Shown here one piece after another: positions 12,501 through 25,187 of a stretch of DNA of 64,000 nucleotides. The DNA lies in contig OZ336882.1 of the NCBI GenBank assembly GCA_965287045.1, forward strand, positions 19,592,001 through 19,656,000, given 5' to 3'. Source of the DNA: Carcharhinus amblyrhynchos. Lineage: Eukaryota. Position 1 is the first letter of the stretch. Each line of letters opens with the position of its first letter. The translations under genes were made by a program, and so were the position numbers. A model generated the notes under the pieces. That model made no database searches, was not told the DNA's origin, and saw only the letters and a program-made list of their open reading frames with translations.

Positions 12501-13554
12501 CGAAGATCAAGAAATGTAATCAGTACGGATGCAGTTTAGAAATAAGAAGAATTAGAAAAATGCTGGGAGTAGGTTAAAGGTCCCCAAAATGTTATGCCAT
12601 TAGGCAGATCATTAAACAAGAAATTGTTGGAGCATGTAATAAAGGCAATGGGCAAATTATTACAGTTCCATTGCAGTCCATTAAATTCAATTGATTTTAG
12701 CGGGACTGGAACATCTCACTGCATGGAGGGGCCATAAAATTCTGCCCAATGTCATAAACGTGGGTCACTTTGATTGGTCCAATCTATAATTTAAAGTGAC
12801 AAAAGTGGTCTGGAAGGTGAGTTTGTAGAATGCTTTTGGGACATTTTCCGAGAGCAACACTCTGTGGAACCAACTCGGGATAAAGCTATTTTAAAACTTG
12901 CATTGTGCAATGAGGCAGAGTTAATTAGTAAACTCACAGTAAAATATCCACTGGGATTTGGTGATTGTAATACAATTGAGTCTCAAGGATCTCATCATCA
13001 CATCCACTGCGGCATCAAGAGTTTGAATGGCTCCTGCTTAGGTTGCACTGAAAGCTGAGATGTTGGCCTTCCGATAAGATATTGTGGAAGTGTCTGCTAA
13101 GTGCTATCAGAGAGCTGGGTACCATTTCCATGTCGGAAAGGATGGGCTGCAGGCTTTGCATGAATCTCTTTGCCAAGTTGAAGTTGGACTGCTCTTTGAT
13201 AGTAACAAGAAGCTGGTTCCAGAGGCCTGCCAATGTACCAAGCATCCCTATCAGCATTCTCCAGTAGTCCACCCCATCCAAGTCTTCATCTCAATCCTCT
13301 GCAACAAGGCACAAATTCCACTCTGTTGTCCTGTGAACTGGCACATGAACTATCCTTTCCCCCAGCCTGGCTGCAGCCCACTCATGCCCACTAATTCACC
13401 ACACACTGACACTGACTCTACACGAGTTTGCACAGTGCCAGCATTTGAGCTGATGCTGTGTTTGCCACATCAGGTGGGCATTTCTTCAACTCTCTTTTGA
13501 GCAGTACCTCAAAGTCAGGAGGACTCTTGCCACAGAGTACTGTGTACACACAGT

Positions 13555-14258
13555 CACACAAGGTAACTATCTAGGTGCAGCAGGCAGTAAAGAAGGCAAA
13601 TGGCATGTTGGCCTTCATTTGTGAGAGGTTTTGAGTACAGGAGTAGGGATGTGTTGTTGCAATAATACAGGGCCTTGGTGAGACCATACCTAGAATATTG
13701 TGGGCAGTTTTGGTCTCCTTTTCTGAGGAAGGATGTTCTTGCTCTCGAGGGAGTGCCGCCGAGCTTTGCCAGGCTGATTCTGGGGATGATGGGACTGATA
13801 TATGAAGAGAGGTTGACTAGGTTAGGGTTATTTTCGCTGGAGTTCAGACAAATGAGGGAGGATGTCATAGAGACTTATAAAATTCTAACAGGACTAGACA
13901 GGATAGATGCAGAGAGAATATTCCTGATGGTGGGGAAGTCCAGAACCAGAGATCACAGTCTGAGGATTCGGGGTAGACCATTTAGGACAGAAGTGAGGGG
14001 GCATTTCTTCACCCAATGAGTGGTAAGCCTGTGGAATTCATTACCACAGGAAATAGTTAATTCCAAAACATTGAATATATTCAAGAGGCGGCTGGATATA
14101 ACACTTGGGGCGAATGGGATCAAAGGTTATGGGGAGAAAGCAGTGTTAGGCTGTTATGTTGAATGATCAGCCAAGATCGTAATGAATGCCAGAGCAAGCT
14201 CGAAGGGCTGAATGGCTTCCTCTTGCTCTTATCTTCTATTTTTATATGTTTCTATGTA
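13555..14258 (+). mobile_element. CR1 LINE 3' portion
   Basis: ORF 13675-14019 VRPYLEYCGQFWSPFLRKDVLALEGV..EERLTRLGLFSLE, plus CR1 3' UTR. Confidence 0.9.
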
Positions 14259-14359
14259 CCACCCATGGAGCCTTTTAACATTGGGAGACGTTTGTGTTGC
14301 AGTTATCACACAGTTTTAGCTGGCCAGGAAACTCACCTGCTCTTCCTGCCTGCAATACT

Positions 14360-14490
14360 GAAAGAAATTTGAAGGTTGATAATCAAGCTGTTTGGCCGTG
14401 TTGTGAATGCACCTTTCACAGCCATCAAATCTTGACATGGGACTTCGACCTGCCTCGGTGGTAGGTACGCTACCACTGTGCCACAAGACC
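14360..14490 (-). mobile_element. tRNA-like SINE head fragment (similar copy at ~27825-27925)
   Basis: Reverse strand GGTCTTGTGGCACAGTGGTAGCGTACCTACC.. resembles a tRNA A box. Confidence 0.5.
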
Positions 14491-16479
14491 ACTTCGCACA
14501 TCTTCATCAGAGATCCAGTGTAGCAATCACCCTTCACTGTGAGGCTGCACTTGCTGGACAGGCAGTGACCCCTGGGTCTCTGAAAGCAGAAATGCATGGG
14601 AAGGTTGGGCTGAAACAAAGCGAATATGATTATACACCACTTTGCTCCCCAGAGAGAATGACGAATGTCAGTGAATGTATTGCAAAGTGTTTGAGTGAGG
14701 TGGTTGTCATTGGTGAATAGTTGGTCGTGTAGCAAAGCAAGTCGAGGTGGGCGGAATTGATATGTATAAGAGAGTGAAATGAATTATCTGGATGTTAGGC
14801 ATAACTCCTGAGTGCCAAAGATTAATGCTGGGGCGGTAAGTGATGGGAATGTGCTTCATTGATTAGTATGAGAGGCTGGTGGAGCATTGATGAGGAGGGG
14901 TCAATGAATTCACTGACTCATGTGATATTCTTAAATTTCTTATGGCACTGTTACCAGGCTCTCTCAGATTGTGGAAAGTCATCTCACTGACCATCTAATC
15001 CCATTTTCTTGAGGCCTCCGGCTCCCTGTAGAAACATAGGCCAGAGTTTTATCGTCCCACCCTCCCCACAGGAATTGGAGCGGGTGAGGGGAAAACCACG
15101 GAACTTGACCTCAGGCGGCATTTTATGGTTTTGGGATGAGTGAGGCCAGAAAATCCCACCCATAATGTTGCACCTACTCTGCCCCACACTACTGATGCCT
15201 CCGTATCAGCAAAGCTCTTGTTCCATTTGCTGTGCTTCTTCTTTCCAGCCAAGTCTTCCACAGACGGTCTGCAGCAGCTTCTGTTTCATACAGCCTCCCT
15301 TTAAGAGGGGCAAGCTGCCTCTAAAAGACTCCGGCTCACTACGCGAGATGCTTGCCATGCACAATGCTGGGCCCCCTGCTGACTGTGCAGCCAGTCAACA
15401 GAGTGTTCTGCGCTGGACTTCACACTGAAATCATTTAGATGAGCAGGCAAGCATGGCAAATTGCAGATCCTGTTCCAAGGGCTCACACTCAGCACACTGC
15501 AGCCTTAGAATGAAGCCATCCTGTCCAACATGATCACTTGCCAATTGCTTCAGTCTTTCTCAGCATGCCCATATGGCTAGAGTGAACATGTCAAGAATTC
15601 ATCTGCACCTCCTTCCAGACTTGCTCGCAATCATTACCAAGAGTAGATTTGAAACTATTTTGAACAGCCCATAAATGAAAATAAGTAATGTGTGAGCTTG
15701 AGGAACAAACTGAAGCTGAACTTTGTGCTCTTTCACATGTTTGTCAGCCTGCCCTCTTTATGGGGTTGGCCATTATATACTCACTGTGATTAATGTTTGT
15801 TTTATACCCACCATAAAATACTCTAGGGTTATAAAGCGTGCTCAACTACTTTGTATAAACCAACTGTAAACAGCTGGATTACAGAACATTACAGGACACC
15901 TTGCCCTGTACACCAATGATCTGTATCACACGTGACAACAGTTTTAAAAAAAAACAAATTTTGGAATTTCCACATAACTTGTTTAACTAAACCTGAACAC
16001 GGTATCTGCTCTACTATGGAAGTAATTCTGACCTGACCCATCCAGTTGGAATTTAATGGGATTGGGTCCACTGGCCCATTGCAGTCAGTGGGAAATAAAA
16101 CAGAGCAGTCAATTTGATCCCATTGGTTTCCCACTGGAATGATTGGGTTAAAATTACCCCTGCATTTCAATAGAAATTGTGATCAATTATACGTAAAAGT
16201 TATATCAATCATACTTAAAAGTTAACTTGCGGTAAAGTGAAAGTACGCTTCATCAATCATTCATGCCAGAGAACGTTCTCCTTATTTCAAAAAAGTGGTT
16301 GAAATTAACCTTGAAGAAACAAGCTTTTGGATAAACACCAGCTACCCCTACCAACGTCGCAGCTCAATTAGAGGCCAAACATAAAATGTTAATTTCTTCT
16401 TTGTTTCCCAAACTTTGTGCTTGTTTAAAGCCCCGTGACAGACTAACTTGTCTAACTTATTCCAAATACGATTACCATT

Positions 16480-16585
16480 CACTGACCTGAAATGTTAACT
16501 TTACCCACAGATGCTGGTTGTCCTGCTGAGTACCTCCAGCTTCTTTCTTCCTCATTTCAGAATTCCAACAAGCTCAGTATTTCAC
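16480..16585 (+). mobile_element. Penelope-like element terminal fragment
   Basis: GACCTGAAATGTTAACT..CACAGATGCTG..CCTGCTGAGTA..CCAGC, related to the reverse complement of 44997-45090. Confidence 0.5.
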
Positions 16586-16880
16586 TTTTGTTCTTGCATT
16601 GCTTATTTTGTTTAATGTTTAATTTATTAGTGTCACAAGTAGGCTTACACTAACACTGCGATGAAGTTACTGTGAAAATCCCTGAGTTGCTACACTCTGG
16701 CACCTATTTGGGAGTAAAAGTGAAAGTGATGCTGCAGGGAGAATGGAGTGTGATTTCTGAAGTCCTGGAGCGAAATTCTCCTATCTGAGGACTAAGTCGA
16801 AAGCAGGGATGGAAAGCGCTTCCCGCTGCAGAGACTGACGGGAAACCACACCATGGCTGAAATCTTCCACCCTCATTCTT

Positions 16881-16983
16881 AGCTGGGATTTTCTGGTGAC
16901 CCTAACAGTGAATGGAATTTTGGCTGGAGAGCCAAATTTTCCGTTCTCGCTTGCAACAGACGAGACTGAAGAATCCCGTCCCA
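16881..16983. mobile_element. Short MITE-like element (related copy at 27988-28110)
   Basis: Imperfect inverted ends (GCTGGGATTTT / GAATCCCGTCCC) and an internal hairpin GAATTTTGGCT..AGCCAAATTTTCC shared with the 28 kb copy. Confidence 0.5.
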
Positions 16984-17261
16984 TCTCTGGCATAATTAAT
17001 TATGCACCCAAGGATTTTCCATGGTGGGGTGGGCTTAAAGGCTTGTGTCCTGTTGTCAAACCCGAGTGCCCATATGGAAAGTATTGGCCCATCGTTGGAG
17101 ACTGAAGATGCATTTCTTAAAGAGAGAAGATGGATCTCCAGGAATGCTGTCAGTCTGGAAGGTGGACCTTCTCAAAGACACCAAAGTTGGATGATCCAGC
17201 TGCTTGACGTTCCCCTCCCCCCACCCACTGTTGTGGAGTTCCAGGTTCTGATGTCATTAAT

Positions 17262-17400
17262 ATTAGTTGCATTGGCCATGCTAAATTCTCCCTCGGTGTA
17301 CCCGAACAGGCGCCGGATTGTGACAACTAGAGGATTTTCACACTAATTTCATTGCAGTGTTAATGTAAGCCTACTTGTGACACCAATAAATAAACCGTAA
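17262..17400 (+). mobile_element. HE1-like SINE 3' fragment, tail type B
   Basis: GCATTGGCCATGCTAAATTCTCCCTCGGTGTACCCGAACAGGCGCCGG..GTAAGCCTACTTGTGAC. Confidence 0.8.
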
Positions 17401-19519
17401 AAAAAAAGCACTGGCAGCCCTCATCTCAGACTCTGAAGATAGTCCCAGGCCTTCTTCAGGTCAGTCCCCACCTCTCCATGCCATGTTGGTCAAGATGTGT
17501 GTCTAGAGCAGTATGTTTTCCTGCTGGTACGATGGAGAATTGGGAGGAAAATCCCTTCGGACCTTCATTAGCATCCCAATAGAAAATTAATTTCATGCTG
17601 GCCACCTTTGGGTTTCTCGATCCGCGGTGGCGGGTACCATTGGAAGATTCCACTCTAAATTCATGCTGCTACGAAATCGATTGTTATGCCTCCTGCCACA
17701 TTCCCACCCTGACCTGCTCCCCAATGATCCTACCATTGGGGGCATGGGGGAATTCTCCCCTTAAACAAAGGCACTGGTTTTGAGAAGGTTTTTGACTAGC
17801 TTCTGTTTTTGTTTTTGAATAGCTTGCAAGGTAGAGGGGGGGTTTAAGAATGTGCCTTAGGATATGAGGCTGATGTAAACATCCCTGTCATAACACTGGC
17901 AAATTCATAGGGAAATATGTAGAATGCTAAGATTGTAACAGTGGAAATAGGGCTGAAAGAGATTGCAGAGGTAAAAGGAGATGGAGGGATTTATAGTGGA
18001 GGACAAGGAATTTAAAGTCCTTGCATTGGCATTGGCGCAGGTTGTCAGAGATAAGGTTGATAGACTTGCAGGACCCGAGGGATGAGATACAAGATAGAAT
18101 TTTAATGAGTTATGATGGAGAAAATATGGCACCTTAGCAAGGTGGGCTTTAAAGTAATCATGAATGGAAATGACAAAGACATGGATAAATGTTTCTGCGA
18201 CAGTGAGATTGAGGCAGCATTGAAGATCAAGAGAGGTTTCAGAAGCGGAAATAAATGGTTTTCATGGTTTTAATGTCCAGTTTGAGAGATTCATTGTCCC
18301 AGTACATAGTCACTAAAAAATGTTAAATCATTACACCAGGTCTAACAACCCCTGAAAAGAGAGAACTCAGGGTAATATTGTGGGTAATAATTCTAAAGTC
18401 TAAATGTCCCAGTATGTTTGCTCAGGATTGTGTAATAAAGTGTTGCATTAACTTTATTTATGAATGTTACTAATTTAATATTTATGAAGAAAACCTGAAA
18501 GAAAATTGAGCTCACTTCTGATAAAAGCTTTTTTTCAAAGTGCTCAGAAGATGCATAGTGCTTGATTCTCCAAATGGCTTCAACCCTCACCCACTGTCAG
18601 TGCCACACCACACACCCCCAAACCCCACCCCAGTATGTCTGCAGTGACAACTGTCATCCCTGACAATGTTGACTCGCATTCACCCTTGCAGGATGGAGTG
18701 TAGCTGAATATCAACATGCTGTACTTAGACGTTACTAGTTTATAAACTGTAGATAAGTTGTACAAACCAGTGACCTAACCAACACCAAAACAATCAGGTA
18801 TTCCATTATGAGTCTAAAATCCTGCTTAATCAAAAATAAAAAAATATTAAAATCTACAGGGAGTTTTGGACTAATTATTTATAGACAAAAATCTGTTGTA
18901 GTTTAATTAGACTGATGAGCTAAAAGTGAAGTGTCTTGAGAAAAAAATTATAGAAATGTGGATTTTTTAATAGGTTTTAGAATATCTCAGGTATGCTATT
19001 TCCAGTCATGCAGTGAGTTATTTTATTTCTGATTTCCTTGGAGGCATTCTTCTCATTTAACAATCATTACGCAGCCAGTATTTTTAGCATGTTAGCTTCT
19101 CCCTAAGACAGCCTTTAGATAATGGGGCACTTCAGGAGTCCTGGCTAGTTGACAGCACAAGTCGATGGTAAATTAATCCCACCCTCGCGGCTTTCCTACA
19201 CAAGACACAACAGCCCAGCAGTGCAGAGTCTGCCTCAGACAGCAGGGAGTTCTGCTATGACCCAGTGGGCAGGCACAAGCAAAAGCTCTTCCTGTCCTTA
19301 GGCTACCCAGCAAGGTGTCAATGTGATGTAAATTGGTCTATGTACTCAGCAACCATCTGAGAATGACTTATTACTTATGTGGCAGCATGTTAACCTTGAC
19401 AATCACTAGCATCTTTTAGGCATTGTATAAATTTGATTCTCTTCAAAGCAGGAGGATTTCTATATCTTGTTTGTGTTCTGAGGCAGTTACCTCATCAGTG
19501 TGTTATGTGCTTTTCTGTG

Positions 19520-20040
19520 TAAACAGCCTGCATGTCCACGATGACTCTCAGCAATTTTTACAGATGCACCATAGAAAGCATCCTTTCTGGATATATCAAA
19601 AGTCGGTACGCTTCCTGCTCTGACCAAGAATGCAAGAAATTACAAAGGGTTGTGAATGTAGCCCCAGTTCATCACGCAAACCAGCCTCCCATCCTTGGAC
19701 TCTGTCTACACTTCCCGCTGCTTTGAAAAAGCAGCCAGCATAATCAAGGACCCCAGGCACCCCAGATATTCACTTTCAACTTCTTCCATCGAGAAAAGTC
19801 TCAGATCACAAACCAACCAACTCAAGAACATTTTCTTCCTTGCTGCAGTCAGATTTTTGAATGAACCTACCTTATACTAAGCTGATCTTGCTCTACACTC
19901 CAGCTCTGTCTGTAACACTACATTCTTACCCTCTCCTTTCCTTCTCCCTCTATGAATGGTATGTTTTGGCTGTGCAAGAAACAATATTTTTCACTGTATC
20001 TCAATACATGTGACAATAATAACTCGAACCAAATCAAAAT
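19520..20040 (+). mobile_element. Rex1/Babar-type LINE 3' fragment
   Basis: MSTMTLSNFYRCTIESILSG..KKLQRVV, AASIIKDPRHP, LKNIFF; (ATCAA)n-like tail. Confidence 0.85.
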
Positions 20041-20382
20041 GGGTGGCACGGTGGTACAGTGGTTAGCACTGCTGCTTCACAGCTCCAGGGTCCTGGGTTC
20101 AGTTCCCGGCTCAGGTCACTGTGTGTGTGGAGTTTGCACGTTCTCCTCGTGTCTGCGTGGGTTTCCTCTGGGTACTCCGGTTTCCTCCCACAGTCCAAAG
20201 ATGTGTGGGTTAGGTTGATTGGCCATGCTAAGAAATTGCCCCTTAGTGTCCAGGGATGCGTAGGTTAGAGGGATTAGTGGGTATAATATGTAGGGATATG
20301 GGGGTAGGACCTGGGTGGGATTGTGTTTGGTGCAGACTCGATGGGCCGAAGGGCCTCTTTCTGCACTGTAGGGATCTATGAT
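20041..20382 (+). mobile_element. HE1-like SINE, tail type A
   Basis: Full head, V-like core and tail GACTCGATGGGCCGAAGGGCCTCTTTCTGCACTGTAGGGAT. Confidence 0.9.
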
Positions 20383-20489
20383 CACAAAATGACAGGGGAT
20401 AGGTGGTTTAGTGAGAGTTTTCCACGTCTGCTTGAAAGACAACGTTAATGTTCTTTTGTAAAGGAGCTTCGTTGTGCAGCTACTCACAC

Positions 20490-20725
20490 TGAGGAAGATC
20501 CTCTCCCAGTGTTCAGGCAAAGATTTATCCCTTAACCAGTGTCTCTAACCCAGATAATCTGGTCATCAACATGTGGCAGTTTGTGGGACCTTGCTGTGTA
20601 CAAATCGGGTGACATGTTTTCTGACGTTACAAGAACATCGTCCTTCAAAAAATCTTCTGTGAAGTGCTTTGGGACGTTGTGAGATTGAGAAAAGGCTCTG
20701 TTATGAATGCAAGTCCTCTTTTTAT
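20490..20725 (+). mobile_element. Old DeuSINE-like remnant (Deu domain plus L2-type tail)
   Basis: TTTGTGGGACCTTGCTGTGTACAAAT..TGTGAAGTGCTTTGGGACGTTGTGAG..AAGGCTCTG..AATGCAAGTC resembles the recalled Deu-domain/AmnSINE1 3' consensus. Confidence 0.6.
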
Positions 20726-21161
20726 TTTGCGTGTAAGGCTTGTATGGGAGATGTACGATTCCAATAACTGCTGTGCCATCAAGTAATGGAGTATCAGCGC
20801 ACTCCATCACCGACAGAGCTTGTCATGCTGTCAAGTACGGACTCCTCTGCAGCTTACCCAGTTTACTCAGTATCTGTGCTGAAACTGGCACTGATGAATA
20901 CAACACCTTCAATATTACTCACTCACTGAAGCAGGGGTAATTGTCTGATGCTGAGACTCAAACACCCTTGAGAGATTGACCAATTCTATTTTATAAGCCC
21001 AAGTACCTGCAAGAAACGAGAAAAAAGCAACCAACCTAGGTCATAGCATCCTCAGCATGCTAAGCTGTTACATAATTTGAGTATTTAATGCGTTTAGCAA
21101 AATCACTGTCACTGATGCAACATTCGGAAAAGCTTTTCCAAATTGAGAAAACACCTAATTT

Positions 21162-21492
21162 AGAATCATAAAATGCCTTCAGTGCGGAAGGAAGTCATTT
21201 GGCCTATCGAGACTACATTGACAGAGCATTTACTCAGGACCACCCTCCCCCAACCCCTCTGCCCGAAACCCCACATATTTGCTCCACTAATCCCCGAACC
21301 GACACATCTTGGGACACTAAGGGGCGATTTATCATGGCCAATTCGCCTAACTTGCACAGCTTTGGACTGTGGGAGGAAAGCGGAGCACCCAGCGGAAGCT
21401 CACACGGACATGGGGAGAACGTGCAAACTCCATACTGACAGTCAGCCAAGGGTGGAATTGAACCAGGTTCCCTGGTGCTGTGAGGCAGCAGC
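21162..21492 (-). mobile_element. HE1-like SINE, tail type A
   Basis: Reverse-strand HE1 core and tail. Confidence 0.85.
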
Positions 21493-21879
21493 TCATATTC
21501 TGGTATATGGAGGTGCCATTCTGGTAAAAATAAAGCCCAAACCTCTAATTTTGCATATAATGTGCAGCTAGATTACTGATTTAAAGATCTACCAGCTCAG
21601 CTTGCACAAAGACAGTGCAGATAAAAAGCTAAAATCCATGCCACAGTATGGCAGTGCCCTGTTGTTAGCCAGTGCTGCTCTTATCTCTACAAGTTCAAGT
21701 GAGTTTACTTCCCGTCTGTCACTCACAATCTTCAGAGGGTTTTCTATGCTTCAATGAAATCACCAGCTAAACATTCCAGAACAACAGCTTAACGTAATAA
21801 TACAACCAAAGGTACTTGGGAGGGGTGGCAGGGCGATGGGATGGGGAGGGGCGGGATGCAGCATGATCAATGACAATTT

Positions 21880-22530
21880 GGCATGAAACTGTGTAAGGCA
21901 ATATTAGCATGGTTGACCAAGATAGATTTCGAGCAATGTCGTAGTAGAGGAGTGAATGATCCAGCAAGGAAATTCCAGAGCTTGAGGGCCGAGTACCTGA
22001 AGGCACAGCTCTCGGTGGTAGACTGAGAAAAACTGGAGATGTGCAAAAACAGGCGGCACTTTGGCACAGTGGTTAGCACTGCTGTCTCACAGCATCGACG
22101 ACCTGCATTCAATTCTGGTCATATATCTATTGAGTTTGTATATTCTCCCAACGTTTGTGTGAGTTTCCTCAGAGTGAGCTGGTTTTCTCCCACAGTCCAA
22201 AGTTGTGCAAGTTAGGTGGATTGGCCTTGGTAAATTGCCCTTTAATATCCCACGATGTCCAGGTCAGATGAATTAGGCATGGGAAATGTGTGGGGTCACG
22301 GTGATAAGATAGGGGGAAAGGGCCTGGGTGAGAGAGATACTCTGTCAGACTCAACTCAGACTTGACAGAACAAATGGCCTCTTCTGCACTGTAGGGAATG
22401 TATGATCCATGAAAATTCTAGAATTGGCAGAATACAGACATCCAGTTGTATGATGGGAAAAGGTTATAGAGCTAGGGAGGGGCAAGGCTGTGGCGAGATT
22501 TGAATCAAGGGTGAGAATTTTAAAATAAAA
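21880..22530 (-). mobile_element. Old L2 LINE remnant interrupted by an HE1 SINE
   Basis: Reverse-strand reading ..CAFRYSALKLWNFL.., an L2 C-terminal motif. Resumes after 22405. Confidence 0.55.
22052..22405 (+). mobile_element. HE1-like SINE, tail type A
   Basis: HE1 head, core and tail. Confidence 0.85.
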
Positions 22531-22539
22531 GTAAAACTT

Positions 22540-22830
22540 TTTTTTTAATTAGTGACACAAATAGGCTTACATTAACAATGCAAATGAAGTTACTGTGAAA
22601 ATCCCCTAGTCACCACATTGCAGTACCTGTGGGGGAATTTAGCATGGCCAATGCACCCAACCAGCATGTCTTTCGGGCTGTGGGAGGAAACTGGAGCAAC
22701 TGGAGGAAACCCATGCAGACACGGAAAGAATGTGCAGGCTCTGCACAAATAGTGACCTAAATCAGGAATCAAACCCAGGTCCTGCTGCTGTGAGGCAGCA
22801 GTGCTAACCACTATGCCACAATGCCGCCCC
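22540..22830 (-). mobile_element. HE1-like SINE, tail type B
   Basis: Reverse-strand head and tail B. Confidence 0.85.
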
Positions 22831-23494
22831 TTCAAAATCAAGCAGTTATATATCGAACTGTTTATTTGCAGTAAAATTCGGTCCTCTGACAACCTTTCTC
22901 ACTCACATCGGACAATATGCCACGTGATCTCGGACGATTCAGTGGCATAATGAGAAAGAGGACATTTGCCTCCAAGGTCTTGTTTGATCTAATGAAAAGA
23001 AGCCACACTATCCAGTCTAATGATAGACTGTACAGGCACGGCAGACAACCCTTGCAGTGAGGCACAGCCTGGGCTTTCTGAAGATTCCTCCTCAAAGTGA
23101 GGTGAGATGGGCCAATTAGGTGCAGCTGCTGAATGGCAAAAGCTTGTCATCTGTGTGACAGGCAGTATCTACCAGGCTGACAAAAAGTCCTCCACGGCAG
23201 CGTTAGAGGGACCCTTAAACAATGAGTGAGCAGACTCTGCGACAAAGATTCAACATTCCCAGGAAGTGTTAATTAAAGAGGAGTGGAAATCTTAAGTTTT
23301 GCAGAGCGGCTTTGTGCTTTTGTGTCACGCAGTTCATGATGACTTGGGGTCAACCCCAGCACTTTTACTTCCGTCGCTACAACACTGAGCAATATTAGAC
23401 AATTTGCATGCATTCCGCTGACAAAGTCTGTGACGTAGCCACAGTGCAAATTGAGTGGAGAGGCACATTTTTGGCTGGTGGTGATTTTTTTAAA

Positions 23495-23785
23495 GTAAAA
23501 AGTTCATTTATTAGCCAAAATTAGGCTTACATTAACACCGCAATGGAGGTTTTCTCTGAAAATGCCCTAGTTGCCACACTCTGGCATCTGTTTGGGCACA
23601 CTAACATGGCCAAGTCATCTAACGTGCACACCTTTTGGACTGTGGGAGGAGATTGGAGCACCTGGAGGAAACCCACGCAGACATGGGCAGAATGTGCAGA
23701 CTCCACACAGACAGTGACCCGAGCTGGGAATCGAGCCTGGGTCCCTGCGCCATGAGGCAGTAACCACTGTGCCACCATGCTGCCC
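23495..23785 (-). mobile_element. HE1-like SINE, tail type B
   Basis: Reverse-strand head and tail B. Confidence 0.85.
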
Positions 23786-24868
23786 CTCTATTTGGACGTG
23801 GTCATTACCACTTACAGTAAGGGTAGGCAGCGGCATGGTGTGAACTATCCCATAGCTGTCATGGTCCAGCTCAGTTCTACACAAAATCCCATGCCATTCA
23901 CCATGTCGGTTCGAAGTATGATGGACTGTCCCGGCAAACTTGAGACCAGTAATAACAGGGTTTGACAATGCCTGAGTAAAGCTCTGTCACTATTTGAAGT
24001 TCAGTCAATGCACAGTGGCAGATTGAGGATCCCAGGGAGGTTATTTTAACCTGTTAAATAAACAGGAACTCTGCACGATTAGCGTAGCACTTACCCCGTT
24101 GCTGAAAACAAAAACCCAGAAGGTTACACAGTGAGGAGCCCCCAGCCTGCTGGAGAAACATACGGTCACACTGTCACCCTTACCTTGACAAATCATAACC
24201 TCTTGCAGCACAGAAGGGGGCCATTTGGCCCATCACGTCTGTGTTGACTCTTTGAAAGACCAACCAATTAGCCCTTGTCTACCTACTCTTTTCCTATCGT
24301 CCTGCAAATCCTTCCTTGCTAAGTGTATATCCATCTCTTTATTGAAAGTTATGATTCAATTTGTTACCAGTCTTTCATGTGTGGGAGCCAGAGTTGGATT
24401 TAACCCAGGAACAAGATCTTTGTTATTAACTTTGGCAGAGGTGGGGGCAGAATTTCCCATGATTTCCCTGCATACTCCATCGCATACATCTTTTGACCTT
24501 GCCTGCCTGGAAATCAGCCTGATTGACAGGCTTTGCTTCCAGTGAGACAGGTAGCTTTCCAAAGGAAAGTGCAGGATCCTGAGGGAGGTGGGTGAGGGTG
24601 GAGGGGGAGGGGTGGGGTGGGGTAGTCCAATGTCAGGATGCTACTTCTGGTGGCCAGGGTATCCAAGTCTGAGGCAGTGGGATGGGCAGGGTTGGGGGAG
24701 AGGGGGTTAAATTGGGGTGGGGTTGGGGTGATTCTTGGAAGTGATCTGCTCCCTGCATCCACCACCTGCCCCCCCCCACCCCTGCCAGGGGTTTTTTATA
24801 TGCAGGGGAGCTTGGAGTTTGGGATGCAAGGGGAGGCATTCCTCATCCTGACCCACAGGCAGTGCTCT

Positions 24869-25187
24869 GAATCATAGAATCCCAACAGTGCAGAAGGAGG
24901 CCATTTGGTCCATTATGTCACCACCAACCACAATTCCACCTAGGCCCTATTCCCATAACCCCATGCATTTACCCTACTAGCCCCCTGACACAAAGGGGCA
25001 ATTTAGCATTGCCAGTGCACCGAACCTATGCATCTTTGGACTGTGGGAGGAGACAGGAGCACCCGGAGAAAACCCATGCAGACACGTAGAGAATGTGCAA
25101 ATTCCACACAGATAGTCACCCCGAGGTTGGAATTGAACCCGGGTCCCTGGTGTGGTGAGGCAGCAGTGCTAACCACTTTGCCACCAT
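24869..25187 (-). mobile_element. HE1-like SINE, tail type A
   Basis: Reverse-strand head and tail A. Confidence 0.85.

Larger units (their letters stand above)
10730..12975 (+). mobile_element. Old CR1 LINE endonuclease (APE) remnant split by nested insertions
   Basis: Fragments YLNTQWIHNKID (~10742), RQNGKG..IAKDNIRILVKKDLGLED (~12070-12167) and EPTRDKAILKLALCNE (12864+) are collinear with CR1 ORF2. Confidence 0.6.

Noticed and set aside
24580-24790. G-quadruplex-like G-runs (also C/G runs at 47760-47830 and 51395-51440)
   Set aside because: Low-complexity tracts inside decayed MITE-like DNA, with no evidence of function.
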